Source of the DNA: an uncultured Verrucomicrobiae bacterium
GTDB lineage: Bacteria; Verrucomicrobiota; Verrucomicrobiia; Chthoniobacterales; JAFAMB01
Direction of reading: 5' to 3'
Assembly: GCA_963762565.1 (NCBI GenBank)
Contig: CAVXLD010000015.1
Location: 1 to 42,004 of the forward strand
Length of the DNA stretch: 42,004 bases
Shown here: positions 27,366 through 37,833 of the stretch, piece after piece
Layout: every line of letters begins with the position of its first letter
How positions within the stretch are numbered: position 1 is the first letter of the stretch
The notes under the pieces: model-generated
The model's input: only the letters and a program-made list of their open reading frames with translations
The model's database searches: none
Told to the model about the DNA's origin: nothing
Translations under genes and position numbers: made by a program

Positions 27366-27908
27366 TCAGGATTTTGGCCCGCTGTTCTCTACGGGGGTGA
27401 GCACCTGAGAGATTTTCTCCGTCGTCTCTGTGAGGATGTCCGAGGCCTTTTCCACCATCTCTGCTTGAGGCAGTCCAGCTTGTTCTAATTCACCTTTTGC
27501 CGTTTCGATGAGAAAGAGGGCGGCAACGATCGAAGAGGAAACTTCGTCGTGGAAGGCTTTGTTAATCCGATTCAGTTCCTCCTCCCGGCCCAAGAGCCGT
27601 CCTTGCTCAAATTGAACGGACGAAGAGTTAAAAACATCTAGCATCAAATACCCGATTTTACTGTGAGTCCGGACAATAAACCCTGGGACAGGTGGCTCGC
27701 CAAAAGACTTTTTCACGGCACATCCGGCGTACTCGGCCTTTTGAGAATCGCTGTCGTTTGGCAGCCGTGACCACGACTCCCCCACAGTCAGCACTTCTTC
27801 CAGTTGGATAATCTTGATTTCTTCTTGCGAGAAACCAGTCCGCTCGAGAAACTTCGGATTCCAGGCGACAAATGAACTTTGCTCAAAGTTTACGATCGCT
27901 CTGGGCAA
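27366..27908 (-). CDS. PAS-like + HisKA_3-like protein lacking an ATPase domain
   Basis: WNPKFLERTGFSQEE (PAS start); RINKAFHDEVSSSI (H-box-like); ends after the helical hairpin. Confidence 0.6.
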   Translation of the reverse strand: MPRAIVNFEQSSFVAWNPKFLERTGFSQEEIKIIQLEEVLTVGESWSRLPNDSDSQKAEYAGCAVKKSFGEPPVPGFIVRTHSKIGYLMLDVFNSSSVQFEQGRLLGREEELNRINKAFHDEVSSSIVAALFLIETAKGELEQAGLPQAEMVEKASDILTETTEKISQVLTPVENSGPKS

Positions 27909-28112
27909 TGCGAACTCATCCAGGACGGCGCATAGATCTTGCAGCTTTTGTAGGGAGAGGCTGATAAGGCAAAGTAAGACTCCGAAAGATATACAAAGTC
28001 AAGCCGGATGCCTGAGCGCCCCGTCACAAGCCAGCGAAAAGGTGGCACCCTCGCTTGGCTCTCTGTGATGTTCGTGATGCGTGCAACTGTGCCTGTCAGT
28101 CAGCACGACCAA

Positions 28113-28314
28113 TCACCTCTCACTACTCCGGGCCCCTGTACGCTGCGGAGGCCGATTCGGTTCAGGTGTATTCGGCGGTACCGGCTTGGGTGGCTGTGGA
28201 ACAGGCGTTGGCCGAGTGGGAACAGGTCCCGGGATCGGCTCGGTCGGCACAGGCAACGGCGGCTGTTCGGGCGGAACGGGTACTTCCGGCGGAACGTTGG
28301 GTGTGCTCTCTGCC

Positions 28315-28319
<5 letters not shown>
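28113..28319 (-). CDS. Small proline-rich protein
   Basis: MRAESTPNVPPEVPVPPEQPPLPVPTEPIPGPVP...; the start lies within the ATGAGG hexamer repeat. Confidence 0.45.
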
Positions 28320-28486
<167 letters not shown>

Positions 28487-28684
28487 TTATTGGTGTTACC
28501 CCAAGCCCTCGATACTGAACATGCCGTATGAATTAATGAAGTTTGCGCCATGCCGTTTCAGTAACTCGGCGATTTCGCGGATCGGCAATAATTTTGGGCA
28601 GATCCGCCTCGTTCGGCAAGATGGCCACGACTTGATTCACCGGGCTTTTTAGATTGCCTTTATCTTCGTAATCAGTTGCACCTT

Positions 28685-29323
28685 TCATACAAAGTCCTGC
28701 AATAGGGTCAAATCCTTCACCAACCGATCGAACTCCGCGTGGCGAGCGTCCGAGCCGGGCGCGCGCAAAACGGAAGAGGGGTGAGCGGTGATCAAGCACG
28801 TCTTCCCGACGGCCTCAACATGCGTGAGCTTTCCCCGAACATCAGCTAATCGGACAGGTTCCCCGAAAATGCTGGCGGCAGCGGTAGCGCCGAGGCCTAC
28901 CACGATCTCCGGTTGAATCAACTCGATCTCCGCTTGCAGCCATGGACGACAAGCCTGGACTTCCCGAGAGGTCGGCCGTTTGTGCAACCTGCGTCTGCCA
29001 AACGGTTCCCACTTAAAATGTTTAACGGCGTTGGTCACATAGCAGAGTTCACGAGCGATTTGCGCCTCATGCAGAGCGCGGTCCAAGAGTCTACCGGCTG
29101 GCCCGACAAACGGCAGACCGGCCCGATCCTCTGCATCGCCTGGTTGTTCACCTACGAATAGGACCCGGGCTTGGGTAGGCCCAGCCCCGAAAACGGTCTG
29201 GATCGCTCGCTCCCACAGCGGGCACCGCCGGCAGCTCTGGGCAGCAATCTCAGCCTCTCTCAAATCCCCAAAAGCAGGCAAAGAGTCCGACGTTTTGTAA
29301 GCAGTAGCCTTCTCTTCGTTCAC
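28685..29323 (-). CDS. udgX: UdgX-type uracil-DNA glycosylase (family 4, Fe-S)
   Basis: CRRCPLW, GEQPG, PFVGPAG, TNAVKHFKW..GRRRLHKRP (R-loop, KRRIH-like), HPS. Confidence 0.88.
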   Translation of the reverse strand: MNEEKATAYKTSDSLPAFGDLREAEIAAQSCRRCPLWERAIQTVFGAGPTQARVLFVGEQPGDAEDRAGLPFVGPAGRLLDRALHEAQIARELCYVTNAVKHFKWEPFGRRRLHKRPTSREVQACRPWLQAEIELIQPEIVVGLGATAAASIFGEPVRLADVRGKLTHVEAVGKTCLITAHPSSVLRAPGSDARHAEFDRLVKDLTLLQDFV

Positions 29324-29536
29324 GATTTAGCCTATTCGAGGGTCGCGACTAACCTGTCGCTACTCTCTACCGATTGATCGCTACCTCAGCGTTGATCGGA
29401 TGTGTCCCGCTTTTTTCTGACACGTTGTCTGCAATAGGGCCAAGCGATGGTTGGCCGGCGATCTCCCCTTTGGTTTGATTCATTATAAAAATCCGGATCC
29501 CGTCTGATCGGCGAAAGGGGACGTAACCGTTTCTTT

Positions 29537-29851
29537 ATGAATAACAGGAGACCGATATTCCTTTCGTGGATCACGAGAGCAGCTTTTATGGCGATTTTTT
29601 GCCTATCGAGTTGCGAAAAGGCCGCTAGCCCAATGTCGAGACTAACCCGAGCCAATTTTGACCAGATCCACGAAAACATGTCCAAGGAGGAGGTTAAGGC
29701 AATCCTTGGGTCGCCCAGTTCTTCCAGTACTGAGGACAAGTTAATCTATAAGCGCACGACTTGGCGTTATGTCGAAGGCGACAAATATATCAATATCACG
29801 TTCAAAAATGACGAATTGGATAGCAAGGATACCAACTTGGGTACGCAATAA
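29537..29851 (+). CDS. Small lipoprotein (SmpA/BamE-like repeat)
   Basis: Lipobox LSSC; MSKEEVKAILGSP...WRY...ITFKND. Confidence 0.7.
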   Translation: MNNRRPIFLSWITRAAFMAIFCLSSCEKAASPMSRLTRANFDQIHENMSKEEVKAILGSPSSSSTEDKLIYKRTTWRYVEGDKYINITFKNDELDSKDTNLGTQ

Positions 29852-29865
29852 TGCGGGCCCGGCGC

Positions 29866-30090
29866 TTACCTATCAGTATCGAGAGTGAAGCCGACCTTCA
29901 CTGTCACCTGCCAGTCCGCAATCTTGTTGTTTTCGAGGCTGCCGCGCACCTCAGCGACCTCAAACCACCTCATATTGCGGATCGTCTTGCCAGCTCGCGT
30001 GATCGCATTGTTCACTGCGTCTTCGATGCCGTCTGCAGAGGAACCGACCAATTCAATCTTTTTGTAGACCGGGTTCGCCTCTGCAGTCAT
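29866..30090 (-). CDS. Dodecin (flavin-binding)
   Basis: [11 protein letters not shown]...IEDAVNNAI...WFEVAEVRG...[14 protein letters not shown] at 30090. Confidence 0.95.
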   Translation of the reverse strand: MTAEANPVYKKIELVGSSADGIEDAVNNAITRAGKTIRNMRWFEVAEVRGSLENNKIADWQVTVKVGFTLDTDR

Positions 30091-30265
30091 GACCTCTGGC
30101 GCGGTTTGCCCTAAACTGGCGCCTTCGATGTGCGCATCAACAATTGTTGCCATAGAATAAATTCGCGTTCACGACTCGCGTCGGATTCATCCTGTGGTTT
30201 CGTTCGAAGGAGCAACTATTAGGTTATCAGATAGATTGCAAGAGAACCCGATGATACCAGAAATC

Positions 30266-31150
30266 TCACTCGAGCGATAACATTTCGGAGCGTGGCGAAT
30301 GCTGAACAGCACGCTCAACTGCGGGCTGATATTTACCGTTTATCGTGATTTCTTCGGTGACCACGCTGAACTTTTCAACTTGGTGATTCGCAAACACCAT
30401 TGTAATCGGGACGTCAGCCGCGTCGCGTCCTCTGGCCATAACGATACGGCCAATTCGCCGCTGATTGTGACGTGCATCAAAGCTATACCAGCGGCCACTT
30501 AGATAGACTTCCATCCAAGCACTAAAATCCATGGGAGCATCCATTGGTGGTACACCGATATCACCAAGGTAACCGGTTACATAACGGGCTGGGATATTAA
30601 GACAGCGACACAGCGTGATCGCCAAATGGGTAAAATCACGGCAGACGCCGACTCCCTCCCTGAAGGCTTCCAAGGCCGTGCGATTGGATCGAGCGTGCTG
30701 ATAATCGAAGCGAATATGCCTATGGACAAAATCGCAAATCCCCTCGACCCGGCTCCAACCCGGAGTCATCGGCCCAAATTTCTCCCACGCAAAGGCCATG
30801 AGTTCGCTATCAACTTCGCAATAACGGCTAGGCAAAAGAAAGGTAAGTGCAGTCGGAGGCATCTGGCACACAAGTGCCTCCTTCGCCTCAGGAGCGAAAA
30901 GATCAGGTTCGCCACTGTCCTGGACTACGGCTGAATTGCGAAAATGGATTGCGCCGGCCGGGGCGTTCAGCCGTCCGCAATGATTGCCGAACGAATCGAG
31001 ATAGTATTGCACCGGCAGATCGGGCTCCACTCGGAGATCCTCTCCCGACATCAAAGTGGGCTGACGCGAGGGATGAACTCGTAGGAGAAAAATGACCGGG
31101 CTGGCGTGAAAAAGCCGGAGTACGACGTCGTAACCGATTCGAATTAGCAC
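30266..31150 (-). CDS. Transglutaminase-like family protein
   Basis: VLIRIGYD, DSFGN, FLLPSRYCEVD, GVCRDFTH, PARYVTGYLGD, DFSAW, GRDAAD. Confidence 0.92.
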   Translation of the reverse strand: MLIRIGYDVVLRLFHASPVIFLLRVHPSRQPTLMSGEDLRVEPDLPVQYYLDSFGNHCGRLNAPAGAIHFRNSAVVQDSGEPDLFAPEAKEALVCQMPPTALTFLLPSRYCEVDSELMAFAWEKFGPMTPGWSRVEGICDFVHRHIRFDYQHARSNRTALEAFREGVGVCRDFTHLAITLCRCLNIPARYVTGYLGDIGVPPMDAPMDFSAWMEVYLSGRWYSFDARHNQRRIGRIVMARGRDAADVPITMVFANHQVEKFSVVTEEITINGKYQPAVERAVQHSPRSEMLSLE

Positions 31151-31165
31151 GCTTGTATTTCGTCT

Positions 31166-32164
31166 GTGGGTTTCGAACTGGTTCTCAGAATTTCTCGGCA
31201 CAGGTATTGCTGTCTTTCCTCGCGGATGGTTGCATTCAAAACAGTGGCGCGTTGGACGAATCAAACCGTGGGGCAAGGCCAGGGATATCAGGGCGCTCGC
31301 AGGGAAACCCAGGATCCACTCCTTGGGTCGCGGGCAGCAGAACGCGCGACGTGCTCCCCCACTCACATTTTATTCGAAGAGTTCCGGCACCTGAAACCGT
31401 CCCTAGACGCACTCAATATCGGATTTTCTGTGTCTCGAGCGAAAGGAAGTAGCAGGCGGGGCAGAACAAAAAAGCCGCCGTATTTCGCGTGTTGTTACGA
31501 TGTGGGAAGTCTGGGCCACTTGAATGTGGTAGCCTTCTATTACCCGCTCATTGCTGACTGGGAGCTAATGGAAGCCGATCCCGATCGCTATCGGCGACGG
31601 ATACAATCTGCGGTACGCGAGGAGATGATTCATGCGGTACAGGTCTTGACGGTCAAAAAACGGTACGAAAGATCGTCCGCATTAAGCAGCCATTTTGGAG
31701 ATGCGGAGACTTATTACGACCACCTGCTCGGCAGGATTATCTCGGAACTGGCTCGAAACAGAGTGGGTGAGAAAGCGATTCTAACCGCCGCAAAACTTTA
31801 CTACGAGGATTGGACGATCAACAGCATCGAGAAACTGAAACAGGCTGATCAGAAATACCATGGCCGAGATGGATATCTGGTCTGTGAGCTAATTCGCCAA
31901 GTCACTCAGATCCGGCTCGGTGAGTTGATGAGCGAGGAAGCTAAAGGGAAGGCTTGGGACAAACATCGTATTTTTTTTGTTGGCGAATACGGAACAACTG
32001 AAAATCTGATGAAGGCCATGGCGGCAACTTTGAGACAGGCCGTGCCGCAGTTAATCGATCTAAGCCCGACGTTAACCGAAGCGTTGACCGAGGTCGAAGC
32101 GACGATCCAGACGATCGGCGGTCTTACAGGTGCCATGCTCGTCCGGTCTGGATGCGCACACTAA
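31166..32164 (+). CDS. Hypothetical protein (EExxH zincin-like motif)
   Basis: Long ORF with protein-like composition in the 3' two thirds; VREEMIHAVQ; start uncertain. Confidence 0.55.
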   Translation: MGFELVLRISRHRYCCLSSRMVAFKTVARWTNQTVGQGQGYQGARRETQDPLLGSRAAERATCSPTHILFEEFRHLKPSLDALNIGFSVSRAKGSSRRGRTKKPPYFACCYDVGSLGHLNVVAFYYPLIADWELMEADPDRYRRRIQSAVREEMIHAVQVLTVKKRYERSSALSSHFGDAETYYDHLLGRIISELARNRVGEKAILTAAKLYYEDWTINSIEKLKQADQKYHGRDGYLVCELIRQVTQIRLGELMSEEAKGKAWDKHRIFFVGEYGTTENLMKAMAATLRQAVPQLIDLSPTLTEALTEVEATIQTIGGLTGAMLVRSGCAH

Positions 32165-32212
32165 ATTCTTCTCGAAGCGATTCACTGGCTGCACGCGAGT
32201 GACAAAATAAAA

Positions 32213-32797
32213 TTAAATCATTGCCTGAACTGGAGCCAATTGGCTGAAAAGCTTCTTCTGCGCAAGTTGCAGGCGGGTCTTGACCGTGCCGAGCGGCATG
32301 GATTTGCGAGCAGCAATTTCGCGTTGGCTTAAACCTTCAAAAAAAGCGAGATTGATTACTTCCTGTTGCGGGACCGGAAGATTGCCGATGGCCCCTTGCA
32401 ACAGGTCTGTCAGATCGGAGTTTGGAGGCTGGAAATCACGCATTCTCGTTTCATTTGCAGAAGCGGCTCTTAGTTGAGTTTCGAAACGATCTGTAGCTCG
32501 ACGATAGGCGATGCGCCGGCGTAAGCGGTCAAGGGCTCTGCGACGAGCCATCGTGGCCAGAAAGCCATGCAGACCTTTTGCCGGATCAAACCGGTCTGCT
32601 TGATCCCAAAGCTGGAGAATTACATCATTCAAAGTATCGTCGGTTTCGCCCTCGTCATGCAAGACACTCTGAATCACATTGCGGAGAGTGGATTCGTACC
32701 GCTTGTAAATTTCCTGAATCGCATCGCACTCACGTCTGCCAATCGCTTCCATCAATTCAGCATCCGACTTCGATTTAATGATCGTTTCTGTCTCCAT
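32213..32797 (-). CDS. ECF sigma-70 factor (SigK-like)
   Basis: Region 2 (LWDQADRFDPAKG...RRRALDRLRR); region 4 (LPVPQQEVINLAFFEGLSQREIA..PLGTVKTRL). Confidence 0.93.
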   Translation of the reverse strand: METETIIKSKSDAELMEAIGRRECDAIQEIYKRYESTLRNVIQSVLHDEGETDDTLNDVILQLWDQADRFDPAKGLHGFLATMARRRALDRLRRRIAYRRATDRFETQLRAASANETRMRDFQPPNSDLTDLLQGAIGNLPVPQQEVINLAFFEGLSQREIAARKSMPLGTVKTRLQLAQKKLFSQLAPVQAMI

Positions 32798-33068
32798 AGT
32801 TGTTTTCTTTCTGAAACGATAACAGCCTGAAGGAGTTAGAAAATCGGGCGAGACTATGCTCCTTCGGTAGGGGTGATTTCTGAATCCCTATCGGGTGAAC
32901 CCTGAGATCGTCCGATGCAGATCAGAGGTAAAGCCTAGGCGAAGGCTTCATGGCTAATTTGGATTCTTCGAGATCCGTGAAAGGATGCCAAAGCGAACGC
33001 TTGTCGCAATGACGAGCCCTGATGTGCACGCGGAAGGTCCGATCGCACGTAGCCTGGAACAACAAACG

Positions 33069-33326
33069 GCTGATATGTTCAAAGCGCTCGCGCTCGGAGC
33101 GTCAGCCATCTGTCTCGGGCGTCCCTACGTCTACGGTCTGGCCATTGCCGGGGAACACGGTGTTCGCGAGGTGATCCAAAACATGCTGGCGGAATTTGCA
33201 CTGACCATGGCACTCACCGGCTGCGCGACATTGGAAGATGTCGCAAACGCCACTCTGGAAAGAAATCCGTCGGGACCGCCACCGACGAATTCATCGTGTA
33301 AGGCTCGCATCAGTTGGTGGGAGTAA
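33069..33326 (+). pseudogene. C-terminal fragment of an FMN-dependent alpha-hydroxy-acid oxidase
   Basis: ADMFKALALGASAICLGRPYVYGLAIAGEHGVREV...LTMALTGC; the upstream domain is absent. Confidence 0.8.
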
Positions 33327-33460
33327 TGTGTCAGTTGGGGGGAAAAGACCGGCATGCGAAGCGACGGAGCAGCGCATGCCGGCCAACCGGGTCAACGGGC
33401 ACCTGAAGCTCGTTCCGAATAGTCGTCCGAGGACGAGCACGAGGGCAGCCTCCTCGCGGC

Positions 33461-33494
33461 AATCACCAATCACCAATCACCTCTCACCTCTCAC
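33461..33494. repeat. Heptamer tract (AATCACC)3 then CTCTCAC units
   Basis: Same units as at 3474-3510 and 38653-38684; overlaps the PAP2 stop. Confidence 0.75.
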
Positions 33495-34263
33495 TCCTCG
33501 CCTCCCCCGTTTCCGTAGGCGCCTCCACACTCCCCTGACGCTGGAGCCAGCGAGCAGCCTGGGCGCAAGCGCTGGACCATAGTGAACCGGCAGCCCAACC
33601 GGCCAAAACATCGCTGGGATAATGGACGCCGAGGTACACTCGGCTAACTCCTACGATGACCGCCAGTACTACCGCCATCGATAAGAAATAGGTTTTGGCC
33701 AACGAGCCTGTTACCTGGCGGGAAATAATACTACCGGATGTTAGATAAACTAATGCCGCCCCCATGGAATGACCACTGGGGAAGCTAGCCGGATCAAAAT
33801 GCGCCAGATGCGGGACCACCGTCGGACGCCGCCGCGCGAAAAACCCTTTCAACGATTGGCACAGGAACAAACCGCTTCCGACTGAGCTCAGAAGAAAGCC
33901 GGTCGCGCGGAAACGACGATTCAAGCAGAGAAATCCAACCAAGATTCCGGTCGCAATCGTGAGGTTGGTACCGGAACCTAGCGCTGTTATATCTTTCGCG
34001 GCTTGAGGCAGCCATTTCGGTCCGATCGGGATAGAAAGATCTTCCGGCCGGCGTAAAGATCGGAGCACATGGTTATCGATGGCTTCCAGCCGTCCTTTGT
34101 AGACCTTGGGTACACTTTTCAGCAACAACCACGCGCAGACGGCTCCAAAGAAAAGGTGAAGCAGGGTCGTCGTTTCGACGGTTAAGGCGGGTCGTGATCG
34201 CATGGTAGGGTCAACCGGCGCATTGAATGATGGCGCTGTCGTTCTCGTCCTCATAAGGAACAT
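33484..34263 (-). CDS. PAP2 family membrane phosphatase
   Basis: KxxxxRxRP, SFPSGH, SRVYLGVHYPSDV. Confidence 0.93.
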   Translation of the reverse strand: MFLMRTRTTAPSFNAPVDPTMRSRPALTVETTTLLHLFFGAVCAWLLLKSVPKVYKGRLEAIDNHVLRSLRRPEDLSIPIGPKWLPQAAKDITALGSGTNLTIATGILVGFLCLNRRFRATGFLLSSVGSGLFLCQSLKGFFARRRPTVVPHLAHFDPASFPSGHSMGAALVYLTSGSIISRQVTGSLAKTYFLSMAVVLAVIVGVSRVYLGVHYPSDVLAGWAAGSLWSSACAQAARWLQRQGSVEAPTETGEARSER

Positions 34264-34273
34264 GGCGTCGCCT

Positions 34274-34526
34274 GCCCAGCGCCTGCAGGGGAGCCGCTTT
34301 GTAGTATGGCAGTTCTATCGGTTGGCAGCCACCGAAAGCCTTCGGGGTAAACAGGCGGCTCCCGCGCATAACCCGGCGTGAATTTTTGCCCAGCAGCTCT
34401 GTTCCAAGCTGATCGATACCGCTTGCCCGATAGACCTGCATTATTCAGGGACCGTTCTCGGGAGCCGCTTGCTGCCACATCACACAGCTGCCTACTCATA
34501 AAGCGGCTCCCCTCCAGGCGCTGGGC
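34274..34526. repeat. Four-motif nested palindromic element, copy 4 (reverse orientation, shortened)
   Basis: GCCCAGCGCCTGCAGGGGAGCCGCTTT / AAAGCGGCTCCCCTCCAGGCGCTGGGC; inner AACAGGCGGCTCCCG and CGGGAGCCGCTTGCT. Confidence 0.88.
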
Positions 34527-34581
34527 GGATTCCGAGGCCACGGGTTCCACGCATCCGAGGACGAGATCGCCCCCTCCCGTC

Positions 34582-34869
34582 TCAATCTGCCGAATTTATC
34601 GGCAAAAACTCTTCCCGATGGCGAACGATGAACTCGGAGACCGCATCCCTGGCTATGTCACAGACATACGCGTCCAGGTTCTTCGGTACATCTTGAACAT
34701 GCATCGCAAACCACTCTGTTAAGATCTTCTGTAGAATAACCATTCTGGTCTCGCCGAGCGCTTCGCTCTGCCGGTTCAGCCAGAGTACACAATACGGTGA
34801 CAGATTCTCGACAATGAACGATTCCTCAGAATCATCCGGGTCCTTCTGTGAATTTCCAAAAATAAGCAT
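34582..34869 (-). CDS. Hypothetical protein
   Basis: 95-aa ORF preceded by GGGAGGAGG (Shine-Dalgarno-like) on the minus strand. Confidence 0.6.
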   Translation of the reverse strand: MLIFGNSQKDPDDSEESFIVENLSPYCVLWLNRQSEALGETRMVILQKILTEWFAMHVQDVPKNLDAYVCDIARDAVSEFIVRHREEFLPINSAD

Positions 34870-34914
34870 AATCGCCTCCTCCCAAGGTTCACCAAAGCAA
34901 CACAGAGAGATTCC

Positions 34915-35013
34915 AACCGCAGATTAACGTAGATGTACGCAGATAGACTTTTGACGTCTCGCTTCCTGATTTTATCGATTCATATCTGCGTGCATCTGTG
35001 TTCATCTGCGGTT
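34915..35013. repeat. Inverted 9-mer-unit arms (CGCAGATG[A/C/T])
   Basis: AACCGCAGATTAACGTAGATGTACGCAGATA / TATCTGCGTGCATCTGTGTTCATCTGCGGTT (27/31). Confidence 0.85.
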
Positions 35014-35358
35014 CGTCTCTTGTCTTCCCGCTCGTTCGCGGCTGTTTTTTCTGTTCCGTCCCTGCGTCTAAAGATCGGTTTTGGCCAATCAAATGGTTGT
35101 AGCCCGATACGACCTAGGCCTTCTCCGCAGGCGAAAGCTTAACGTATGATTCTGCATAACGAATCTCGGGACCGTCCCGATGAACGAAAGGTCCGCTATG
35201 CCGGGAACAAATCATCAGCCTGCCAGCAGTTAAGTCCGAGGAACTTATCAATGCGGCGGCTCCAGATGAGAGTGAGCGAAAAGCTCTAAAAATTCCTCTT
35301 TGCGTCGTGCTAAACCAGGCTTTTGTTAGGAAACGTTCGTGTCGGTAGGAGCGATGAA

Positions 35359-37461
35359 ATGACGAACTTCGCGCCGGAGGAACGGAAACGAATTATCGAG
35401 CAGACCGAAGCGACACCCACAATGCCCGGCAGAAGCTCCAAGGAAGGCGTCCAAGAGATCAACTACGCATTAGCGGTTACCCGCGCTACTCTGGAAGCGA
35501 CCGCAGATGGGATTCTCGCCATCGATGCAACGGGCCGAATCATAAGCTGGAATGCCAAGTTTTCGGAACTATGGCTCATTCCCCAGGAGTTAATTGCTCA
35601 GCGTGAGGCTCAAAAAGTCCGAGCTTGGATTGCTCGCCAATTGAAAGGGCCGGAAGAATATTTGCATCGCATTGCCCAAATCGAGGCCTCGGCCGAGAAA
35701 AGCGCCGATGTACTCGAACTGCAGGACGGCCGGCAGATCGAGCGATATTCCGAACCGGTATCAATTAAGGGCACCGCCGCAGGCAGAGTCTGGAGTTTCC
35801 GAGACGTCACCGCGCGCAATCAGGCGGACTTGGTCTCCCGGCGGCTAGCCTCCATTGTAGACAATTCAGATGACGCAATTGTCGGCAAGGACCTTAACAG
35901 CATCATTACAAGCTGGAATCAGGGCGCCCAAAGGATCTTCGGATATACGGCTGAGGAGATGATCGGGACCTCGATCAAGAGACTGATCCCAGCAGACCGC
36001 CAGGACGAAGAAGACGTGATCCTGGCCCGCCTACGAAGAGGGGAGCGGTTCGATCATTTCGAGACCATTCGCGTAACCAAAGAGGGCCGGGAGCTACACG
36101 TTTCATTAACGATTTCGCCAATTAAAGATGCCGGCGGTAACGTTGTCGGTGCGTCTAAGATTGCCCGTGATATTACCGATCGAAAACTGGCGGAGGCGGC
36201 TCTAAGGACTGCGCAAAAGGCCACCGAAGCAGCCAACACAGAGAAAGCGCAGCTATTGGAGAGCGAGCGCCTGGCCCGGGCCGAAGCTGAACGGGCGAGC
36301 CGGATCAAAGATGAGTTCCTCGCGACTCTCAGCCATGAGCTGCGAACGCCGCTGAACGCGGTGTTAGGATGGTCCACCATTCTCCGAGGGAGAGAAAACC
36401 TGGACCCGGAAATGATCCAAGCTCTTGAGACGATCGACCGCAATGCTCGGGTTCAGGGACAGATCATCGAAGACTTATTAGATATGAGTCGCATCATTTC
36501 CGGAAAGGTGCGGCTTGATGTCCAACCGCTCGACCTGCCAGGGATTCTGCTTGAAGCCGTCGACACCATGCGCGCCAGTGCCACAACCAAGGGCGTTCGT
36601 ATTCAAACCGTGATTGATCCCTTCGACGCGACCATCTTGGGCGATCCCAACCGGTTGCAGCAGATTTTTTGGAATCTCCTCAGCAATTCTATCAAGTTTA
36701 CTCCGAAACACGGACGCATTCAGGTGTTGTTACAGCGAATCAATTCGCACGTAGAAGTCAGTGTTATCGATAGCGGTGAAGGAATTTCACCTGATTTCTT
36801 ACCTTATATTTTCAACCGATTTCAACAGGCGGATGCATCTACTACTCGCCGCCATGGCGGCCTGGGCCTAGGCCTGGCCATCGTAAAAAACTTGGTGGAG
36901 TTACATGGCGGCACCGTCCGCGCAAAGAGCGGCGGAGCCGGGAAAGGAGCAACTTTCATCGTGAGTTTGCCATTAACAGTGTTTCATCCGCCGCCGGAAG
37001 AGGGGGAACGCGACCATCCCAAGTCCAAGCCAGCGCACGAACTGCCGATTCTCCCTGCTATTTCGCTCGAGGGCATACGAGTATTGGCGGTTGATGATGA
37101 TGCCGACGCTCGCGGTCTGCTCAAAGTGCTGCTGGAATCCGCGGGCGCTACCGCCTACTTAGCAAGGTCGGCCAAGGAAGGAATGGAGCAACTTCTCAGC
37201 CGACCCGTTGATGTCTTGATTTGTGATGTCGGCATGCCAGAGACCGACGGTTACTCCTTAATGCGGCAGATTCGGAGCCTCGATGATCCCGAGAAAAGTG
37301 AGGTCGGAGCCGTGGCATTAACTGCGTACGCCCGCCTGGAAGACCGTATGGCAACAATGCAAGCCGGTTTTCAGAATCATCTGCCGAAGCCGGTTGAACC
37401 CGCGGAGTTGTTATCCGTAGTGCGAAGCCTGGCTAGTCCAAGGTCGAAGCCGGCGCAGTAA
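35359..37461 (+). CDS. Hybrid sensor histidine kinase (PAS-PAS/PAC-HisKA-HATPase-REC)
   Basis: [48 protein letters not shown]. Confidence 0.96.
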   Translation: MTNFAPEERKRIIEQTEATPTMPGRSSKEGVQEINYALAVTRATLEATADGILAIDATGRIISWNAKFSELWLIPQELIAQREAQKVRAWIARQLKGPEEYLHRIAQIEASAEKSADVLELQDGRQIERYSEPVSIKGTAAGRVWSFRDVTARNQADLVSRRLASIVDNSDDAIVGKDLNSIITSWNQGAQRIFGYTAEEMIGTSIKRLIPADRQDEEDVILARLRRGERFDHFETIRVTKEGRELHVSLTISPIKDAGGNVVGASKIARDITDRKLAEAALRTAQKATEAANTEKAQLLESERLARAEAERASRIKDEFLATLSHELRTPLNAVLGWSTILRGRENLDPEMIQALETIDRNARVQGQIIEDLLDMSRIISGKVRLDVQPLDLPGILLEAVDTMRASATTKGVRIQTVIDPFDATILGDPNRLQQIFWNLLSNSIKFTPKHGRIQVLLQRINSHVEVSVIDSGEGISPDFLPYIFNRFQQADASTTRRHGGLGLGLAIVKNLVELHGGTVRAKSGGAGKGATFIVSLPLTVFHPPPEEGERDHPKSKPAHELPILPAISLEGIRVLAVDDDADARGLLKVLLESAGATAYLARSAKEGMEQLLSRPVDVLICDVGMPETDGYSLMRQIRSLDDPEKSEVGAVALTAYARLEDRMATMQAGFQNHLPKPVEPAELLSVVRSLASPRSKPAQ

Positions 37462-37521
37462 GAAGTGATTGGTGAGGGGCGTCGCGTGGGTCCGGAAGAG
37501 AGCGAGGTAGTTTTTTGAGGT

Positions 37522-37767
37522 GTGAAGCACTGGAAGAGAATAGCCTAGGGTGAGTCCGCGAGCCCTAGGTCCGTCGCAAAAAAGGATCCAGCGCTGAAAG
37601 CGCGAAAGAATCGCAGTGCCATCGTTACACAATCGCCACTTGGTCCTGACTCGAAATGCCGCTTAGTGGGCCCCCTTTCTTGCGCGCCTTCAGCGCTAAC
37701 CGCATTCTTAAACCGCATACCTAGGCCTCGCAGACTCAGCCTAGGCTATAGTCTTTCACCGCTTCGC
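37522..37767. repeat. REP/REPIN-like doublet (AGCCTAGG...CCTAGG...AGCGCTGAAAGCGCG)
   Basis: About 90-bp imperfect IR, 37522-37610 vs 37677-37767; single arm also at 20539-20626. Confidence 0.8.
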
Positions 37768-37833
37768 GGCTCTAAATCCGCCGCGATACAACCCAATCTT
37801 CTCCCTAAGGCGATCAAGGAAGGAAGTACAAAT

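Noticed and set aside
31151..31366. N-terminal extension of the transglutaminase ORF
   Set aside because: Family-typical sequence starts at VLIRIGYD (GTG 31150); the extension overlaps the opposite ORF.
37666..37833. N-terminal extension of the DUF4142 ORF
   Set aside because: It runs through the REP-like arm; the signal peptide begins at ATG 37834.
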